Positions 8,932 through 19,420 of a DNA stretch of 64,000 nt are shown one piece after another; position 1 is the first letter of the stretch, and every line of letters begins with the position of its first letter. Both the position numbers and the translations under genes were made by a program. Source of the DNA: Vulcanimicrobiota bacterium. Lineage in GTDB: Bacteria > Vulcanimicrobiota > Xenobia > Xenobiales > JADMJV01. Where the stretch lies: contig JBFWNU010000001.1 in assembly GCA_050250895.1 (NCBI GenBank), positions 872,008 to 936,007 of the forward strand, given 5' to 3'. The notes beneath the pieces are model-generated. The model made no database searches and had not been told where the DNA came from. It was given only the letters and a program-made list of their open reading frames with translations.

Positions 8932-10644
8932 TTGAAACAGCGCAGCCTCAAGCTGACCGTCCTGTGTCTCTTCGCCCTGGTCGCCTCCGCTGCGGCGGAC
9001 ACCTCCTTTGGGCACCTCACCTATCGTGGTGAGAACTTTCAACCTGAACTCAAGCAAGTAGACGGCCGAACTTTCTACTCGCTCGACGATCCCGAAATCA
9101 AACGACTGCTCGGCTACTCGACCTCACAACTCCAGTGGTCGTCTTCGGGCCAGACCCTCTATGTCTTCACCCCCGGCCGCGAGTCGTTTTGGTCCAACAA
9201 TTCCGATCGCGTCTCCGTCAACAAACAAGACATGACCGCCCCCGGACGGCTGCTTGCCTCCAACCAGGCGCGCCTGATGGAGCCTCAGGCTCTGCTTTAC
9301 GCCCTGAGTCTCCGGCCGTTTGCCAACGGCCAGGGCATGACCCTGTTGCCGGCGGTCACCGAAATGAAGGCAGTGGTCAGCGACGAGGCTACCAGCCACA
9401 TCGTGCTCCACACTTCTTCCCCGGTCAAGCCCACCGTCTCCAAGCCGATGCCCAACGTGTGCCAACTGTCCCTGGGCGAAGTCGTGTGGGACCTGCCCGA
9501 GCGCAAGTTCTGGTGTGGACCAGCCTGGGCCGAAGTCAAGGGAGGCACTGGCCTCGACGACCCTTTGACCATCGAACTGACCTACCGCCACAACTGGACC
9601 GGCCGACTCGACAACTCGAGCTTGCTCAACGATGTCAAAGTCGCTCTACAGCCCGACTTTCCCATCCCCAGCAACGCACCCAACTCTCGACTTGGCCAGG
9701 TCACGGTGCGCCCTCAGGCCAACGGCAACGTCGCCATGGTGGTCCTCGACACTCCCATGCAATACTTCTGGGACTACGACAAGCGCTCTGGCTGGGTAAC
9801 CATCGAAATCCCCCACGTTGAAGCAGCGAACCTGCCTCAACTGAAAGGCGTGTTCGAAGAAGCCAGGCTCAGCCTGATCGAGACCAGCGCCTATCCCGTT
9901 TTGCGCCTGGAAGGCCGTCTGCCTCAGGGCCAGGGCTTCGAGTTCTTCGAAGTAGAAGACTCGCCTTCGACGCTAGGTCTGCGCGTCGGCGCCGGCATCC
10001 AGGTAGCCGAGGCGCGCGGCGCTGCCACGACCGCCGGCTACGCCGTAGCACGCGGCACCATCGTCATCGACCCGGGCCACGGCGGCTCGGACCCGGGCTG
10101 TATGAACCGTACACTGGGGGTTCGCGAGTGTGACGTGACCCTGCAAATCTCCCTGAAACTGGCCGACATCCTTCGGGCCCAGGGATGGGAAGTGGTGCTC
10201 ACCCGCACCACCGATCGTGACGTCACCTACGCCGGCTCACCCGACAAGGACGAACTGGTGGCCAGATCCGATGTTGCCAACCGCATCAACGCCGACATCT
10301 TCGTCAGCATCCATTGCAACGCCGCCTACTCGAGCGCCCACAACGGCACCTCGATCCATTGGTACAAAGCCGAAGACTATCAGCTGGCCCAGAGCCTCGA
10401 GAACGTCCTCGGCTACAACGTCGGCTTCGGCCAGAAGGGCCTCATCCGCAACCGTTTCGTGGTCCTTCGCTACGCCCAGATGCCGTCGGTCCTGGTGGAG
10501 ACCGCCTACCTGACCAACAACCGCGAGGGTGCCATGCTCAGCAATCCCGCCTTCCAGAAGGTCATCGCTGAACAACTCGCCGGCGGATTGGCCAGCTACA
10601 TGCAGGGCGTCTACGCCAGCACCAAGCAACGTCGCAGCCAGTAG
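8932..10644 (+). CDS. N-acetylmuramoyl-L-alanine amidase (Amidase_3), exported
   Basis: signal peptide; IVIDPGHGGSDPG, FVSIHCNA, SVLVETAYLTN. Confidence 0.92.
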   Translation: MKQRSLKLTVLCLFALVASAAADTSFGHLTYRGENFQPELKQVDGRTFYSLDDPEIKRLLGYSTSQLQWSSSGQTLYVFTPGRESFWSNNSDRVSVNKQDMTAPGRLLASNQARLMEPQALLYALSLRPFANGQGMTLLPAVTEMKAVVSDEATSHIVLHTSSPVKPTVSKPMPNVCQLSLGEVVWDLPERKFWCGPAWAEVKGGTGLDDPLTIELTYRHNWTGRLDNSSLLNDVKVALQPDFPIPSNAPNSRLGQVTVRPQANGNVAMVVLDTPMQYFWDYDKRSGWVTIEIPHVEAANLPQLKGVFEEARLSLIETSAYPVLRLEGRLPQGQGFEFFEVEDSPSTLGLRVGAGIQVAEARGAATTAGYAVARGTIVIDPGHGGSDPGCMNRTLGVRECDVTLQISLKLADILRAQGWEVVLTRTTDRDVTYAGSPDKDELVARSDVANRINADIFVSIHCNAAYSSAHNGTSIHWYKAEDYQLAQSLENVLGYNVGFGQKGLIRNRFVVLRYAQMPSVLVETAYLTNNREGAMLSNPAFQKVIAEQLAGGLASYMQGVYASTKQRRSQ

Positions 10645-10661
10645 CCCCGACGACTCCAACG

Positions 10662-10690
10662 AAAGCCCTCGCCTCGGCGGGGGCTTTTTT
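10662..10690 (+). terminator. intrinsic terminator
   Basis: AAAGCCCTCGCC-TC-GGCGGGGGCTTTTTT. Confidence 0.8.
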
Positions 10691-10715
10691 CGTTAGGGCA
10701 GCGGTGGGGCTGGAG

Positions 10716-11014
10716 AAAACCGCAAAGGCGCTGAGGCGCCGAGAGACCAACCTTCCAGCCTTGCCATCCACGCTCCAGCCGCACCGGCCTCAACCATAAA
10801 GATCCTAGAGAGCCTACTCCCCGCAAGCCTGCCACCCCTCCGCGCCTCTTTTCCTCTGCGGTTCATTCTTTCGTGGTGCAGCGCTGCAAAAACCGCAAAG
10901 GCGCCGAGGGACCAACCTCCCAGCCGCAACGGCCTCAACCATAAAGATGCTAGAGAGCCTACTCCCCGCAAGCCTGCCACCCCTCCGCGCCTCTTTCCTC
11001 TGCGGTTCATTCTT
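10716..11014. repeat. two tandem copies of a 130-155 bp intergenic repeat
   Basis: copies 10716-10870 and 10888-11014 share CAGCCGCA(C/A)CGGCCTCAACCATAAAGAT.CTAGAGAGCCTACTCCCCGCAAGCCTGCCACCCCTCCGCGCCTC..TGCGGTTCATTCTT. Confidence 0.9.
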
Positions 11015-11044
11015 CTCCAGGCTCGCTCGCGAGCGCCCGGCAAG

Positions 11045-11066
11045 AAAAAAGCCCCCTTTCGGGGGC
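11045..11066 (-). terminator. intrinsic terminator of ftsZ
   Basis: AAAAAA-GCCCCC-TTTC-GGGGGC on + strand. Confidence 0.8.
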
Positions 11067-11070
11067 CTTC

Positions 11071-12450
11071 TTACTTGGCCTGGGCTTCTTCGCCCGACTC
11101 TTTGCGCCGGCTTCGGCGCCAGATGGCCGGAAGGTTCATCCAGCCGTTCTTGCGGTCGGCCGCGTTCTCGCGCTGGACCGGAGTCGGCATCGGCGGCTTG
11201 GGTGGCAGCGTCGGCTTGGCAGCCACCGCGGCCGCAGCTGTGGGCTTGGGAGCCATCGACGGCTTGGGAGCCATGGCCGGCTTGGGGGCCGTCGGGGCAG
11301 CAGGCTTGGCCGCCAAACCCGAGCGAGGAGGTGGAGGCAGCGTGCCGGCCGTCGGCTTGGCATCCGGCTTGTCCACCTGACGACGCCGCTCGAACGCGGT
11401 CAATTCTGAAGGAGGTAGCGCGGCAGTGGCCAGAGGGAGGATGTCGTTCTCGCGAAAGGTGGGCGCGTCAGCTTGAAAGCTGGGCAGCACCTCCCTTCCC
11501 TCCACGACGTCTTGAACCCGAGTGGCCACGACGGTGGCACGAGCCCGACCCGTCATGGTCTCATCCTGAACAAACCCGCACAAAACCATGGCGTCAGGCG
11601 CCGCCGATTCTTGCAGCAAACGAGAGGCCTCGGAGTAGTCGCGTAGCGACATGTCCGGACCGCCGGTGATATTCAGCAAGCAGCCACCGGCACCGTCTGG
11701 CGATCCGCCGACCAGGGGATTGGAAAGCGCCAGTTCGACGGCTCGAGTAGCCGTCGCCGCCGTGGCCATGCCGAAGATGGCTTTGCCAGAGCCCTCGAGC
11801 ACGGCCCGCACATCGGCAAAGTCCAGATTGATCACCCCGGGAACGGTGACAATCTCGGTCATTCCGCGAACGGCGTCGCAGAGCACCTGATCCACCACTT
11901 TGAAGCTTTCGTCGAGCGAACCCGAGCAGGCGTCCAACTGCAGCAATTTCTGGTTGGGCAACACCAACAAGGTATCGACCTCTTCTTCGAGCGCGGCCAC
12001 GCCCTCTTCGGCGACCCTGGTGCGACGCCGACCCTCGAACTCAAACGGCTTGGTGACGACAGCCACCACCAGGGCGCCCGCCTTCTTGGCCTCACGAGCC
12101 GCGATGGGAGCCGCACCGGTCCCGGTGCCACCCCCGAGCCCCGCGGTCAGAAACACCATGTCCACGCCCTGAAAGAGTTGACCCAGGCGGGAAGCGCTTT
12201 GCTCGGCCGCAAGACGCCCTAGCTCGTGGTTCGAGCCCGCGCCAAGCCCTCGGGTGGACCCCTCTCCGAGGAACAACACTTTAGGCCCCTTCTTGGTAGA
12301 CAACAGGGCCTGAGCGTCAGTATTGGCCAGGACCAGTTCGACCCCGACCGGCGGCCGCTCGGACAGCCGCGTGACTAGATTGCAGCCGGCTCCACCGAGA
12401 CCCATTACCAGGATACGGGCCGGTTGATCCGCGTGATTTCGGGTGGGCAT
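11071..12450 (-). CDS. ftsZ: cell division GTPase FtsZ (divergent, stand-alone)
   Basis: [35 protein letters not shown]; Pro/Ala linker; LPAIWRR tail. Confidence 0.92.
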   Translation of the reverse strand: MPTRNHADQPARILVMGLGGAGCNLVTRLSERPPVGVELVLANTDAQALLSTKKGPKVLFLGEGSTRGLGAGSNHELGRLAAEQSASRLGQLFQGVDMVFLTAGLGGGTGTGAAPIAAREAKKAGALVVAVVTKPFEFEGRRRTRVAEEGVAALEEEVDTLLVLPNQKLLQLDACSGSLDESFKVVDQVLCDAVRGMTEIVTVPGVINLDFADVRAVLEGSGKAIFGMATAATATRAVELALSNPLVGGSPDGAGGCLLNITGGPDMSLRDYSEASRLLQESAAPDAMVLCGFVQDETMTGRARATVVATRVQDVVEGREVLPSFQADAPTFRENDILPLATAALPPSELTAFERRRQVDKPDAKPTAGTLPPPPRSGLAAKPAAPTAPKPAMAPKPSMAPKPTAAAAVAAKPTLPPKPPMPTPVQRENAADRKNGWMNLPAIWRRSRRKESGEEAQAK

Positions 12451-12616
12451 ATCAGCACCCGCCTTTCAATAAATGCTGCTGGAATATTCTTCAATTTATC
12501 CTGACCTCCTTCTCCCCTGATCAAAAAAACTTCGATTTCATGGGATTTAGAACGTCTGTTCGCAAGTCCCGCCCTGCCGGGGCAAGAAAGGTTGCCCCTC
12601 CGTCGAAGCCCCGGCG

Positions 12617-13549
12617 ATGGACGGTAGTGAGTTTTTCGAGAAGATGCTGGCCAACCTCGAGCGGGTGGTCCGGGGCAAGAAGGAAGTGCTGGAACAGTTG
12701 CTGGTCGCCATTCTGGCCGGAGGCAACGTGCTGCTCGAAGATGTTCCCGGAGTCGGCAAGACCACTCTGGCCAAGACGCTGGCCCGCACCATCGGGGGCG
12801 ACTTCAAGCGAGTCCAGTTCACGCCCGACTTGCTGCCTACCGACATTCTCGGCTCTTCCATCTACAACCCCAAGGAAGGCTCTTTCGATTTCAAACGGGG
12901 TCCGGTCTTTGCCAACATCCTGCTAGCCGACGAAGTCAACCGCGCCTCGCCCCGCACCCAGTCGAGCCTGCTCGAGGCCATGAGCGAGCGCCAGGTCACC
13001 ATCGAGGGCGTCAGCTATCCTCTGCCCGAGCCCTTTCTGGTTCTGGCCACCCAGAATCCGGTAGAATTCCACGGCACCTATCCCCTGCCCGAGGCCCAGC
13101 TCGACCGCTTCGCCATGAAACTGGCCATGGGCTATCCCAGCCTGGAAGACGAATTGTCGGTGCTCGAAGGCCAACGGCGGGCCCACCCCCTCGACAGCCT
13201 GGAGGTGGCCGCCAAACTCGAAGAGGTGATCGAGGCCCAGGCAGCCGTGCGCGAGGTGAAGGTAGCGCCCGAGGTTTCTCGCTACATCCTTGGCCTGGTC
13301 CACGCCACCCGTGAAGAGCCGCGCTTGAAGCTCGGCTCGAGCCCCCGCGGTGCCCTGGCCCTCTATCGCAGCAGCCAGGCGCGGGCCTTCACCCAGGGCC
13401 GAGACTACGTCTTGCCCGACGACGTCAAGGCCCTGGCCATGGCCGTGTTGGCTCACCGGTTGGTGCTCGACACCAAGTCCAAGTATTCGGGGGTCTCCAA
13501 AGCCACCATCACTCAGGAGTTGCTCGAAAAGGTGCCCGTCACGGCTTGA
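12617..13549 (+). CDS. moxR: MoxR family AAA+ ATPase
   Basis: EDVPGVGKT, RVQFTPDLLPTD, DEVNRASPRTQSSLLE, YPLPEAQLDRF. Confidence 0.95.
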   Translation: MDGSEFFEKMLANLERVVRGKKEVLEQLLVAILAGGNVLLEDVPGVGKTTLAKTLARTIGGDFKRVQFTPDLLPTDILGSSIYNPKEGSFDFKRGPVFANILLADEVNRASPRTQSSLLEAMSERQVTIEGVSYPLPEPFLVLATQNPVEFHGTYPLPEAQLDRFAMKLAMGYPSLEDELSVLEGQRRAHPLDSLEVAAKLEEVIEAQAAVREVKVAPEVSRYILGLVHATREEPRLKLGSSPRGALALYRSSQARAFTQGRDYVLPDDVKALAMAVLAHRLVLDTKSKYSGVSKATITQELLEKVPVTA

Positions 13550-14772
13550 GACGCTTCGACCTGGGAGAGACTTTCCTGGCTCGCTGGATGCGCGCCCTCT
13601 TCCGCGATCGCTTGACCGAACCGGGCCGCTGCGTGTTCTGGTTGTTCCTGCTGGCCACCGCCATCGGCATGACCTCTTTCGTGGTGCATGTCTACCTGGT
13701 CTGGTGCGCTTTGCTGGGCATCAGCCTGACCTCGATCGTGGCCGCCCGACTGGCCCGAGTGCCACTGAGCCTGAGAGCCGAACTGCCCGAGCGGGTGACC
13801 TGCGGAGCCGAGGTGGCCATCACCGTGACCGCCCACAACCCCAACCCACGCCGCGCTGTGGATATCGAATTGCGGCCCTATCGACTGCCCCCGACCATGC
13901 AGTGCCGGCCCACCACCGTGCGTTTTCAAGAGATCGCGCCAGACCAGACCGTGAAATCGGCCCTGCAACTAAGCTTCCGGCAACGAGGCCACTACCTCTT
14001 GCCGGGCTGGCGCCAGGACTGTCTCTTCCCCTGGGGATTATGGCGCGACAGCCTGACTCACGAGCGACCCGCCGCCCTGCTGGTCTATCCTCACTTCATT
14101 CCACTGGCCAGCCTGGACATTCCAGTGGGGCGACGCTACCAGCCCGGAGGCATCGCGCTCACTTCTTACCTGGGCGACAGCACCGAGTTCTTGTCCACCC
14201 GCGAGTTTCGCGAAGGCGACAGCATCCGCTCCATCCATTGGAAGTCGTGGGCCCGTCTGGGCAAACCGATCGTCAAGGAATTCCAGGAAGAGTACTTCTG
14301 CCGGATCGCCCTCCTGCTGGACACCTTCCTACTCGACTCCGGCCAGGAGCGCGACACCTTCGAGGCGGCCGTGTCACTGGCCGCGGCCGTGGCCGACAGC
14401 CTATCGCGCGATGAATACGTCATCGACATCTTCGCGGCCGGGCCTGAACTGTATCACTTTCAGGCCGGACGCAGCCTGGCTTATCTGCAGAACGTGATGG
14501 ACATCCTGGCCTGCATCGAGCCCTCGCAAGACCCGCCTTTCGAGAAGATCGAGCCCGTCCTCTTGGAGTTTCTCGAGAACATCACCACCACCGTGGTGGT
14601 CCTGCTCGACTGGGATGAACGCCGTCAGCGGATGCTGCGCGTGATCCGCGAGCGCGGTTCGGCCGTAAAAGCCGTGTTGGTGCGCGAGACTCCCCCCAAG
14701 CAAGACCCGGCTGAAGAGGGCCTGATCTGGCTCAAACCCGAACAAATTCGAGCCGGAGTCGAAGACCTGTGA
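13546..14772 (+). CDS. DUF58 domain protein
   Basis: REFREGDSIRSIHWKSWAR..KPIVKEF motif; follows moxR. Confidence 0.9.
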   Translation: MRRFDLGETFLARWMRALFRDRLTEPGRCVFWLFLLATAIGMTSFVVHVYLVWCALLGISLTSIVAARLARVPLSLRAELPERVTCGAEVAITVTAHNPNPRRAVDIELRPYRLPPTMQCRPTTVRFQEIAPDQTVKSALQLSFRQRGHYLLPGWRQDCLFPWGLWRDSLTHERPAALLVYPHFIPLASLDIPVGRRYQPGGIALTSYLGDSTEFLSTREFREGDSIRSIHWKSWARLGKPIVKEFQEEYFCRIALLLDTFLLDSGQERDTFEAAVSLAAAVADSLSRDEYVIDIFAAGPELYHFQAGRSLAYLQNVMDILACIEPSQDPPFEKIEPVLLEFLENITTTVVVLLDWDERRQRMLRVIRERGSAVKAVLVRETPPKQDPAEEGLIWLKPEQIRAGVEDL

Positions 14773-16748
14773 GCCGCCTGGAACTGGCCGTGGTAGCCTG
14801 CGGACTGGTGGCCTTCGGCGTAGTGGCCGGTCCCATCTGGCAAAGCGCCGCCACGGTCCTGCTGGGGCTGCTAGCCATCGGTCTGCACGCAAGTCTGGAA
14901 ATCCCGCGCTTCGGTCTCTTGCTGGCCGGCCTGGGGCTGGCCCTGGTCAACTTCTTCCGCACGCCCACCGAACTGCCCGAGGGTTGCTCCTTCGTGGGGC
15001 CGGCCAGCCTGGTGGTAGCGTTCTATATGGTGCTGCTCACTCTGCTGGGCGTCATCCGGCGCAACGCCAGGTCAGAGCGACTGGTGGTGCTGGCGGGGGC
15101 GGTGGCCATCAGCATCGCCAGCGGCATGACCACCAGGTTCTTTCCCTTCGTGGTGGTGGTGCTCGCCCAGGCCGTGTTGCTGGCGCTGGCCCTGCGTCAC
15201 TATCGCGGTCTGCCCTTTCGCCCGGGCACCTTGTTGGCCTTCCTTCCGGCCATGCTCCTGGCCGGGGGTCTGGCCGTTTCCCTCAAGTGGTCTGATGGTC
15301 AACTCAACAGCTGGGTCGGGCTTTTCTCGTCGGCCGTTTCGGTATCGGCTCGCTTTCCGGCCACGGCCAAGTTGACAGCCATCCAGAGCCTGCAGGGCAG
15401 CGACGGCATCGTGATGAGAGTCTTCTCGGACAAGCCCCCAGAGTACCTGGCCGGTCGTTGCTATACCCTGTTCACCGGCGATAGCTGGGAGTGGAAATCC
15501 GAACAACGCGGCAGCCATCCTGAACCCGGCCTGACGCTAACGGGCATCACGCCCGAAATGCAGGTCTATCAGGTGGTGGCCGAGGTCGAACCGGAGCGGG
15601 TCGACCGCTACGAATTTCCCGGGGGGCGCTACGCCGGAGCCACGCTCTTCACCCCGCGCGACATGGTCCGACTGGCCATCGAGGTAGGAGGACTGAAGAT
15701 CTATCGCGGGGAGATCTATCAGTTGCTGGCCGCCGACGCCTTTTCGGGCACCTATTACGTGGGGCGCAACCCCGCCTATCATCACCAAGAGAAACTCACG
15801 CCCGAGCTCCGTGAGGCCTATCTCCAATTGCCCAAAGCGCTACCGCCGGTGGTAGGACGGTTGGCCCAGGAGGTGGCCGGCCGCCAACCGGATCTGGCCG
15901 CGGCGGCCACCCTCGAGAAGTATCTGCAAGAGAACTTTCAGTACGGATTCGACTATCCGTTCGACTCCGGCAGAAATGCCCTGGAGCAGTTCTTGACCGA
16001 ACGCCCGCCCGCCCACTGCGAATTCTTCGCCACCTCGCTGACCATGATGCTGCGCACTCGCGGCATCCCGGCTCGCTACGTCACCGGCTTTCTGGTGCGC
16101 GAAGAGAGCCCCTGGGGGGGGTATCACGTGGTGCGAGTAAAACACGCCCACGCCTGGGTCGAAGCCCATCTGGGAGGGGAATGGGTCCGCTTTGATCCCA
16201 CCCCTCCCGGCGCCCTACCTGAGCCGGGGGCCTTCGAGTCTTTCTATCACGGCCTGCTGGAGTACATGGCCTACCAGTGGCGCCGCTTTCGCTCTTTTCT
16301 GTCGCTCTCGCCGATGGCCATGGCGCGGGCTCTTTTGGCCCGCTTGAGCGGGGCGGGGCGGTGGTTGACCGCCAACCCGTGGGTGGTCCTGTTGGCCCTC
16401 GGCCTGGGGGCGGGGTGGCTGGGTCGGGGGAGACTGGCCGATTGGTTCGCCTCCTGGGGCGGGAAACCACGCTGCGAGCCTACCACCCCGGACCCGCTGG
16501 GACTGCAACTGTTCGAGTTCGAAAAGCTCATGGCCGCGGCCGGACTGCCTCGCCCTCCCCATCTGACCCTGCTGGAATGGTCGGGCGGCTGGGCCCACCA
16601 GGACGAAGAGGCTCTGGCTCTGGCCAGACAATGGGTCGACTCTTTCTGCCGGGCGCGCTACGGCTTCGCCCCGCCGGAGCCTCAGCTCGAGCAACTGCTA
16701 GAGCAACTCTCCAAGAGGAACTGGGACAACTCCGCGAGAACGCGGTGA
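14769..16748 (+). CDS. membrane transglutaminase-like protein (TgpA-like)
   Basis: N-terminal TM helices; HCEFFAT..GIPARYVTGF..HAHAWVE..WVRFDPTP. Confidence 0.9.
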   Translation: MSRLELAVVACGLVAFGVVAGPIWQSAATVLLGLLAIGLHASLEIPRFGLLLAGLGLALVNFFRTPTELPEGCSFVGPASLVVAFYMVLLTLLGVIRRNARSERLVVLAGAVAISIASGMTTRFFPFVVVVLAQAVLLALALRHYRGLPFRPGTLLAFLPAMLLAGGLAVSLKWSDGQLNSWVGLFSSAVSVSARFPATAKLTAIQSLQGSDGIVMRVFSDKPPEYLAGRCYTLFTGDSWEWKSEQRGSHPEPGLTLTGITPEMQVYQVVAEVEPERVDRYEFPGGRYAGATLFTPRDMVRLAIEVGGLKIYRGEIYQLLAADAFSGTYYVGRNPAYHHQEKLTPELREAYLQLPKALPPVVGRLAQEVAGRQPDLAAAATLEKYLQENFQYGFDYPFDSGRNALEQFLTERPPAHCEFFATSLTMMLRTRGIPARYVTGFLVREESPWGGYHVVRVKHAHAWVEAHLGGEWVRFDPTPPGALPEPGAFESFYHGLLEYMAYQWRRFRSFLSLSPMAMARALLARLSGAGRWLTANPWVVLLALGLGAGWLGRGRLADWFASWGGKPRCEPTTPDPLGLQLFEFEKLMAAAGLPRPPHLTLLEWSGGWAHQDEEALALARQWVDSFCRARYGFAPPEPQLEQLLEQLSKRNWDNSARTR

Positions 16749-16763
16749 TTCCCGGAGGTTAAG

Positions 16764-19382
16764 ATGGCAGAGATTCCCAACAAATACCAGCACCAGAAAT
16801 TTGAACCGCGCTGGAACGAGCAATGGAAGGATTGGGGGATCTATCACTGGGACCCCAACCGTCCCCGCGAAGAGACGTTCGTGGTCGACTCGCCCCCACC
16901 CACCGTCTCGGGCTCTCTGCATGTCGGTCACGTTTTCAGCTATACCCATCAAGACCTGCTCGCCCGCTATCAGCGGATGCAGGGTCGCAACATCTGCTAT
17001 CCGATGGGCTGGGACGACAACGGTCTGCCCACCGAGCGACGGGTGCAGAACCTATTCCGGGCGCGTTGCAACCCGCATCTGCCCTATGACCCCAACTGGA
17101 AGGCCGAACGCCGCAAGAAGGGTCCCGTCGAAGAGATTTCACGCCGCAACTTCATCGAAGCGTGCGCCACCGTGACCGAAGAAGACGAGCGAGCCTTCGA
17201 GGACCTGTGGCGCTCGCTCGGCCTATCGATCGATTGGACGCTGCAATACGCCACCATCGATGAGCACTGCCGCAAGATATCCCAAGCCTCGTTCCTGGAA
17301 CTGGTAGAGAAAGGTCAGGCCTACTCCACCGAAGCCCCCACCATGTGGGATGTCGACTTCCAAACGGCGGTCGCCCAGGCCGAAGTCGAGGATCGGGTCC
17401 GACCCGGAGCCTTTCACGATATTCGTTTTCTGGTGGAAGGGGGAGGCGACTTCGTCATTACCACCACCCGACCCGAGTTGCTGGCCGCCTGCATCGCGGT
17501 GGTGGCCCACCCCGATGACGAGCGCTATCAGGGCCTCTTCGGCAAACACGCCATCACGCCGTTGTTTGGTGCTCGCGTGCCCATCATGCCGGCCGAGCAC
17601 GCCGATCCCGAAAAGGGAACCGGCATTCTCATGGTGTGTACCTTCGGCGACTCCACCGATGTCGAATTCTGGAAGCACTCCGACCTGCCCATCAAGCAGA
17701 TCATCGGACGCAACGGAACGTTGCTCGAAGCCACTTTCGGCAAGGCCCCTTTCGACAGCACCGATGCGGCCAAAGCCCAGCACAACTACGATCAACTGGT
17801 GGGCTTGGCGGTCAAACAAGCCAAGGCTCGCACGGTCGAGTTGCTGGCCCAGGACGTCGACAGCGCCGGCGACTGCCCGCTTCAAGCCGAGCCTCGCGCG
17901 GTCGAACATCCGGTCAAGTTCTACGAAAAGGGCGACCGGCCCCTCGAGTTCGTGCCCACCCGCCAGTGGTTCGTTCGCCTGCTCGAGCACCGTGAGGCCC
18001 TCAAAGAGCAGGGACGCAAGATTCAGTGGCATCCGGCCCACATGGAAACCCGTTACCAGCACTGGGTCGACGGCCTCAACCTGGACTGGTGCGTCAGTCG
18101 CCAGCGCTATTTCGGCGTGCCTTTTCCGGTCTGGTATCCCCTCGACAACAACGGTGAACCGCTGTACGACCAGCCGATCTTCGCCGAGCGCGACCAACTG
18201 CCCGTCGACCCGCTCTCGCAGACGCCTCCCGGCTATGGCGAAGAGCAGCGTGGCGTACCCGGCGGTTTCGCGGGTGACCCCGACGTAATGGATACCTGGG
18301 CCACCTCGTCGATGACCCCGCAGATCGTCAGTCACTGGGGCCTCGACCCGGCCCGTCACGAAAAGCTCTTCCCCATGGACATCCGACCCCAGTCCCACGA
18401 GATCATCCGCACCTGGGCCTTCTACACTATCGTGAAGGCCTGGATGCACCATAACGAAATCCCCTGGAAGCATGTGGTCATCAGTGGCTGGATTCTCGAC
18501 CCCGACCGCAAGAAGATGAGCAAGTCGGTGGGCAACGTGATCACCCCCCACCACCTGCTCGAAGAGTATTCAGCCGACGGAGTCCGCTATTGGGCCTCAC
18601 GGGCTCGCCTGGGCGCCGACACCGCCTTTGACGAAAGCGTGCTCAAGGTCGGCAAGCGCCTGTGCACCAAACTGTTCAACGCCAGTCGCTTCGTGATCGG
18701 TCAGCTCGATCGGGTCGAGTTCAAAGAATTGCGCGTGGCCGACATCACCGAGCCCGTCGACCGGGCCCTGGTGGGCAGGCTTCGCAAGACCATCGAAGAG
18801 GCTACCCGCTCCTTTGACAAGTTTGACTATGCGGGCGCGCTGGAGGCCACCGAGAAAGAGTTCTGGGCCTTCTGCAACGACTATCTGGAATTGGTCAAAC
18901 GCCGCTCCTATGAAGACGAGGACAGCGCCGGCCGGCGCTCGGCGGTGGCCACCCTGGCCCTGGCCCTACGGACGTTCTTGCGCTTGTTCGCCCCGTTTGT
19001 TCCGTTTATCACCGAAGAGATCTGGTCGTGGCGCTTTGCCGATGCCAACCAACCGTCAATCCATAAAGCGCCCTGGCCCAGCCTGGCCGAAAGCGATCAG
19101 GTCGAGGCGGGCGATTCCAGCCTCTACGACGGTGCCGTCGAGGTCCTCTCCAAGATCCGCTCAGCCAAGACCGAGGCCAAACGCAACCTGCGCTGGCCCG
19201 TGGTCGAGCTGGTGCTGGTGGGCCCCAAAGCCAATTACCAGGCGGTCGAGGCGGCCCTCAATGATGTCCTCGAAGCGGGGGCGGCCGGCGGCAGCACCGT
19301 GCGCCACGAAGACGGCGAGGCCCCGGCGGGAGAGAAGTTCGAGGTTCGGGTAGTGCTGGGCGAAGAGGTGGCCTCGAGCTGA
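16764..19382 (+). CDS. valS: valine--tRNA ligase (type 2-like)
   Basis: DSPPPTVSGSLHVGH, GWDDNGLPTE, TTRPE, DWCVSRQR, KMSKS. Confidence 0.95.
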   Translation: MAEIPNKYQHQKFEPRWNEQWKDWGIYHWDPNRPREETFVVDSPPPTVSGSLHVGHVFSYTHQDLLARYQRMQGRNICYPMGWDDNGLPTERRVQNLFRARCNPHLPYDPNWKAERRKKGPVEEISRRNFIEACATVTEEDERAFEDLWRSLGLSIDWTLQYATIDEHCRKISQASFLELVEKGQAYSTEAPTMWDVDFQTAVAQAEVEDRVRPGAFHDIRFLVEGGGDFVITTTRPELLAACIAVVAHPDDERYQGLFGKHAITPLFGARVPIMPAEHADPEKGTGILMVCTFGDSTDVEFWKHSDLPIKQIIGRNGTLLEATFGKAPFDSTDAAKAQHNYDQLVGLAVKQAKARTVELLAQDVDSAGDCPLQAEPRAVEHPVKFYEKGDRPLEFVPTRQWFVRLLEHREALKEQGRKIQWHPAHMETRYQHWVDGLNLDWCVSRQRYFGVPFPVWYPLDNNGEPLYDQPIFAERDQLPVDPLSQTPPGYGEEQRGVPGGFAGDPDVMDTWATSSMTPQIVSHWGLDPARHEKLFPMDIRPQSHEIIRTWAFYTIVKAWMHHNEIPWKHVVISGWILDPDRKKMSKSVGNVITPHHLLEEYSADGVRYWASRARLGADTAFDESVLKVGKRLCTKLFNASRFVIGQLDRVEFKELRVADITEPVDRALVGRLRKTIEEATRSFDKFDYAGALEATEKEFWAFCNDYLELVKRRSYEDEDSAGRRSAVATLALALRTFLRLFAPFVPFITEEIWSWRFADANQPSIHKAPWPSLAESDQVEAGDSSLYDGAVEVLSKIRSAKTEAKRNLRWPVVELVLVGPKANYQAVEAALNDVLEAGAAGGSTVRHEDGEAPAGEKFEVRVVLGEEVASS

Positions 19383-19420
19383 TCGACTGGCAGGCCAAAC
19401 AAGACGCCCTGACGGCCTTC

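Noticed and set aside
10716-11014. CRISPR array
   Set aside because: Only two long copies, no regular unique spacers, no cas genes.
12617-16748. MoxR-DUF58-transglutaminase as a novel system
   Set aside because: Well-known, widespread gene triad.
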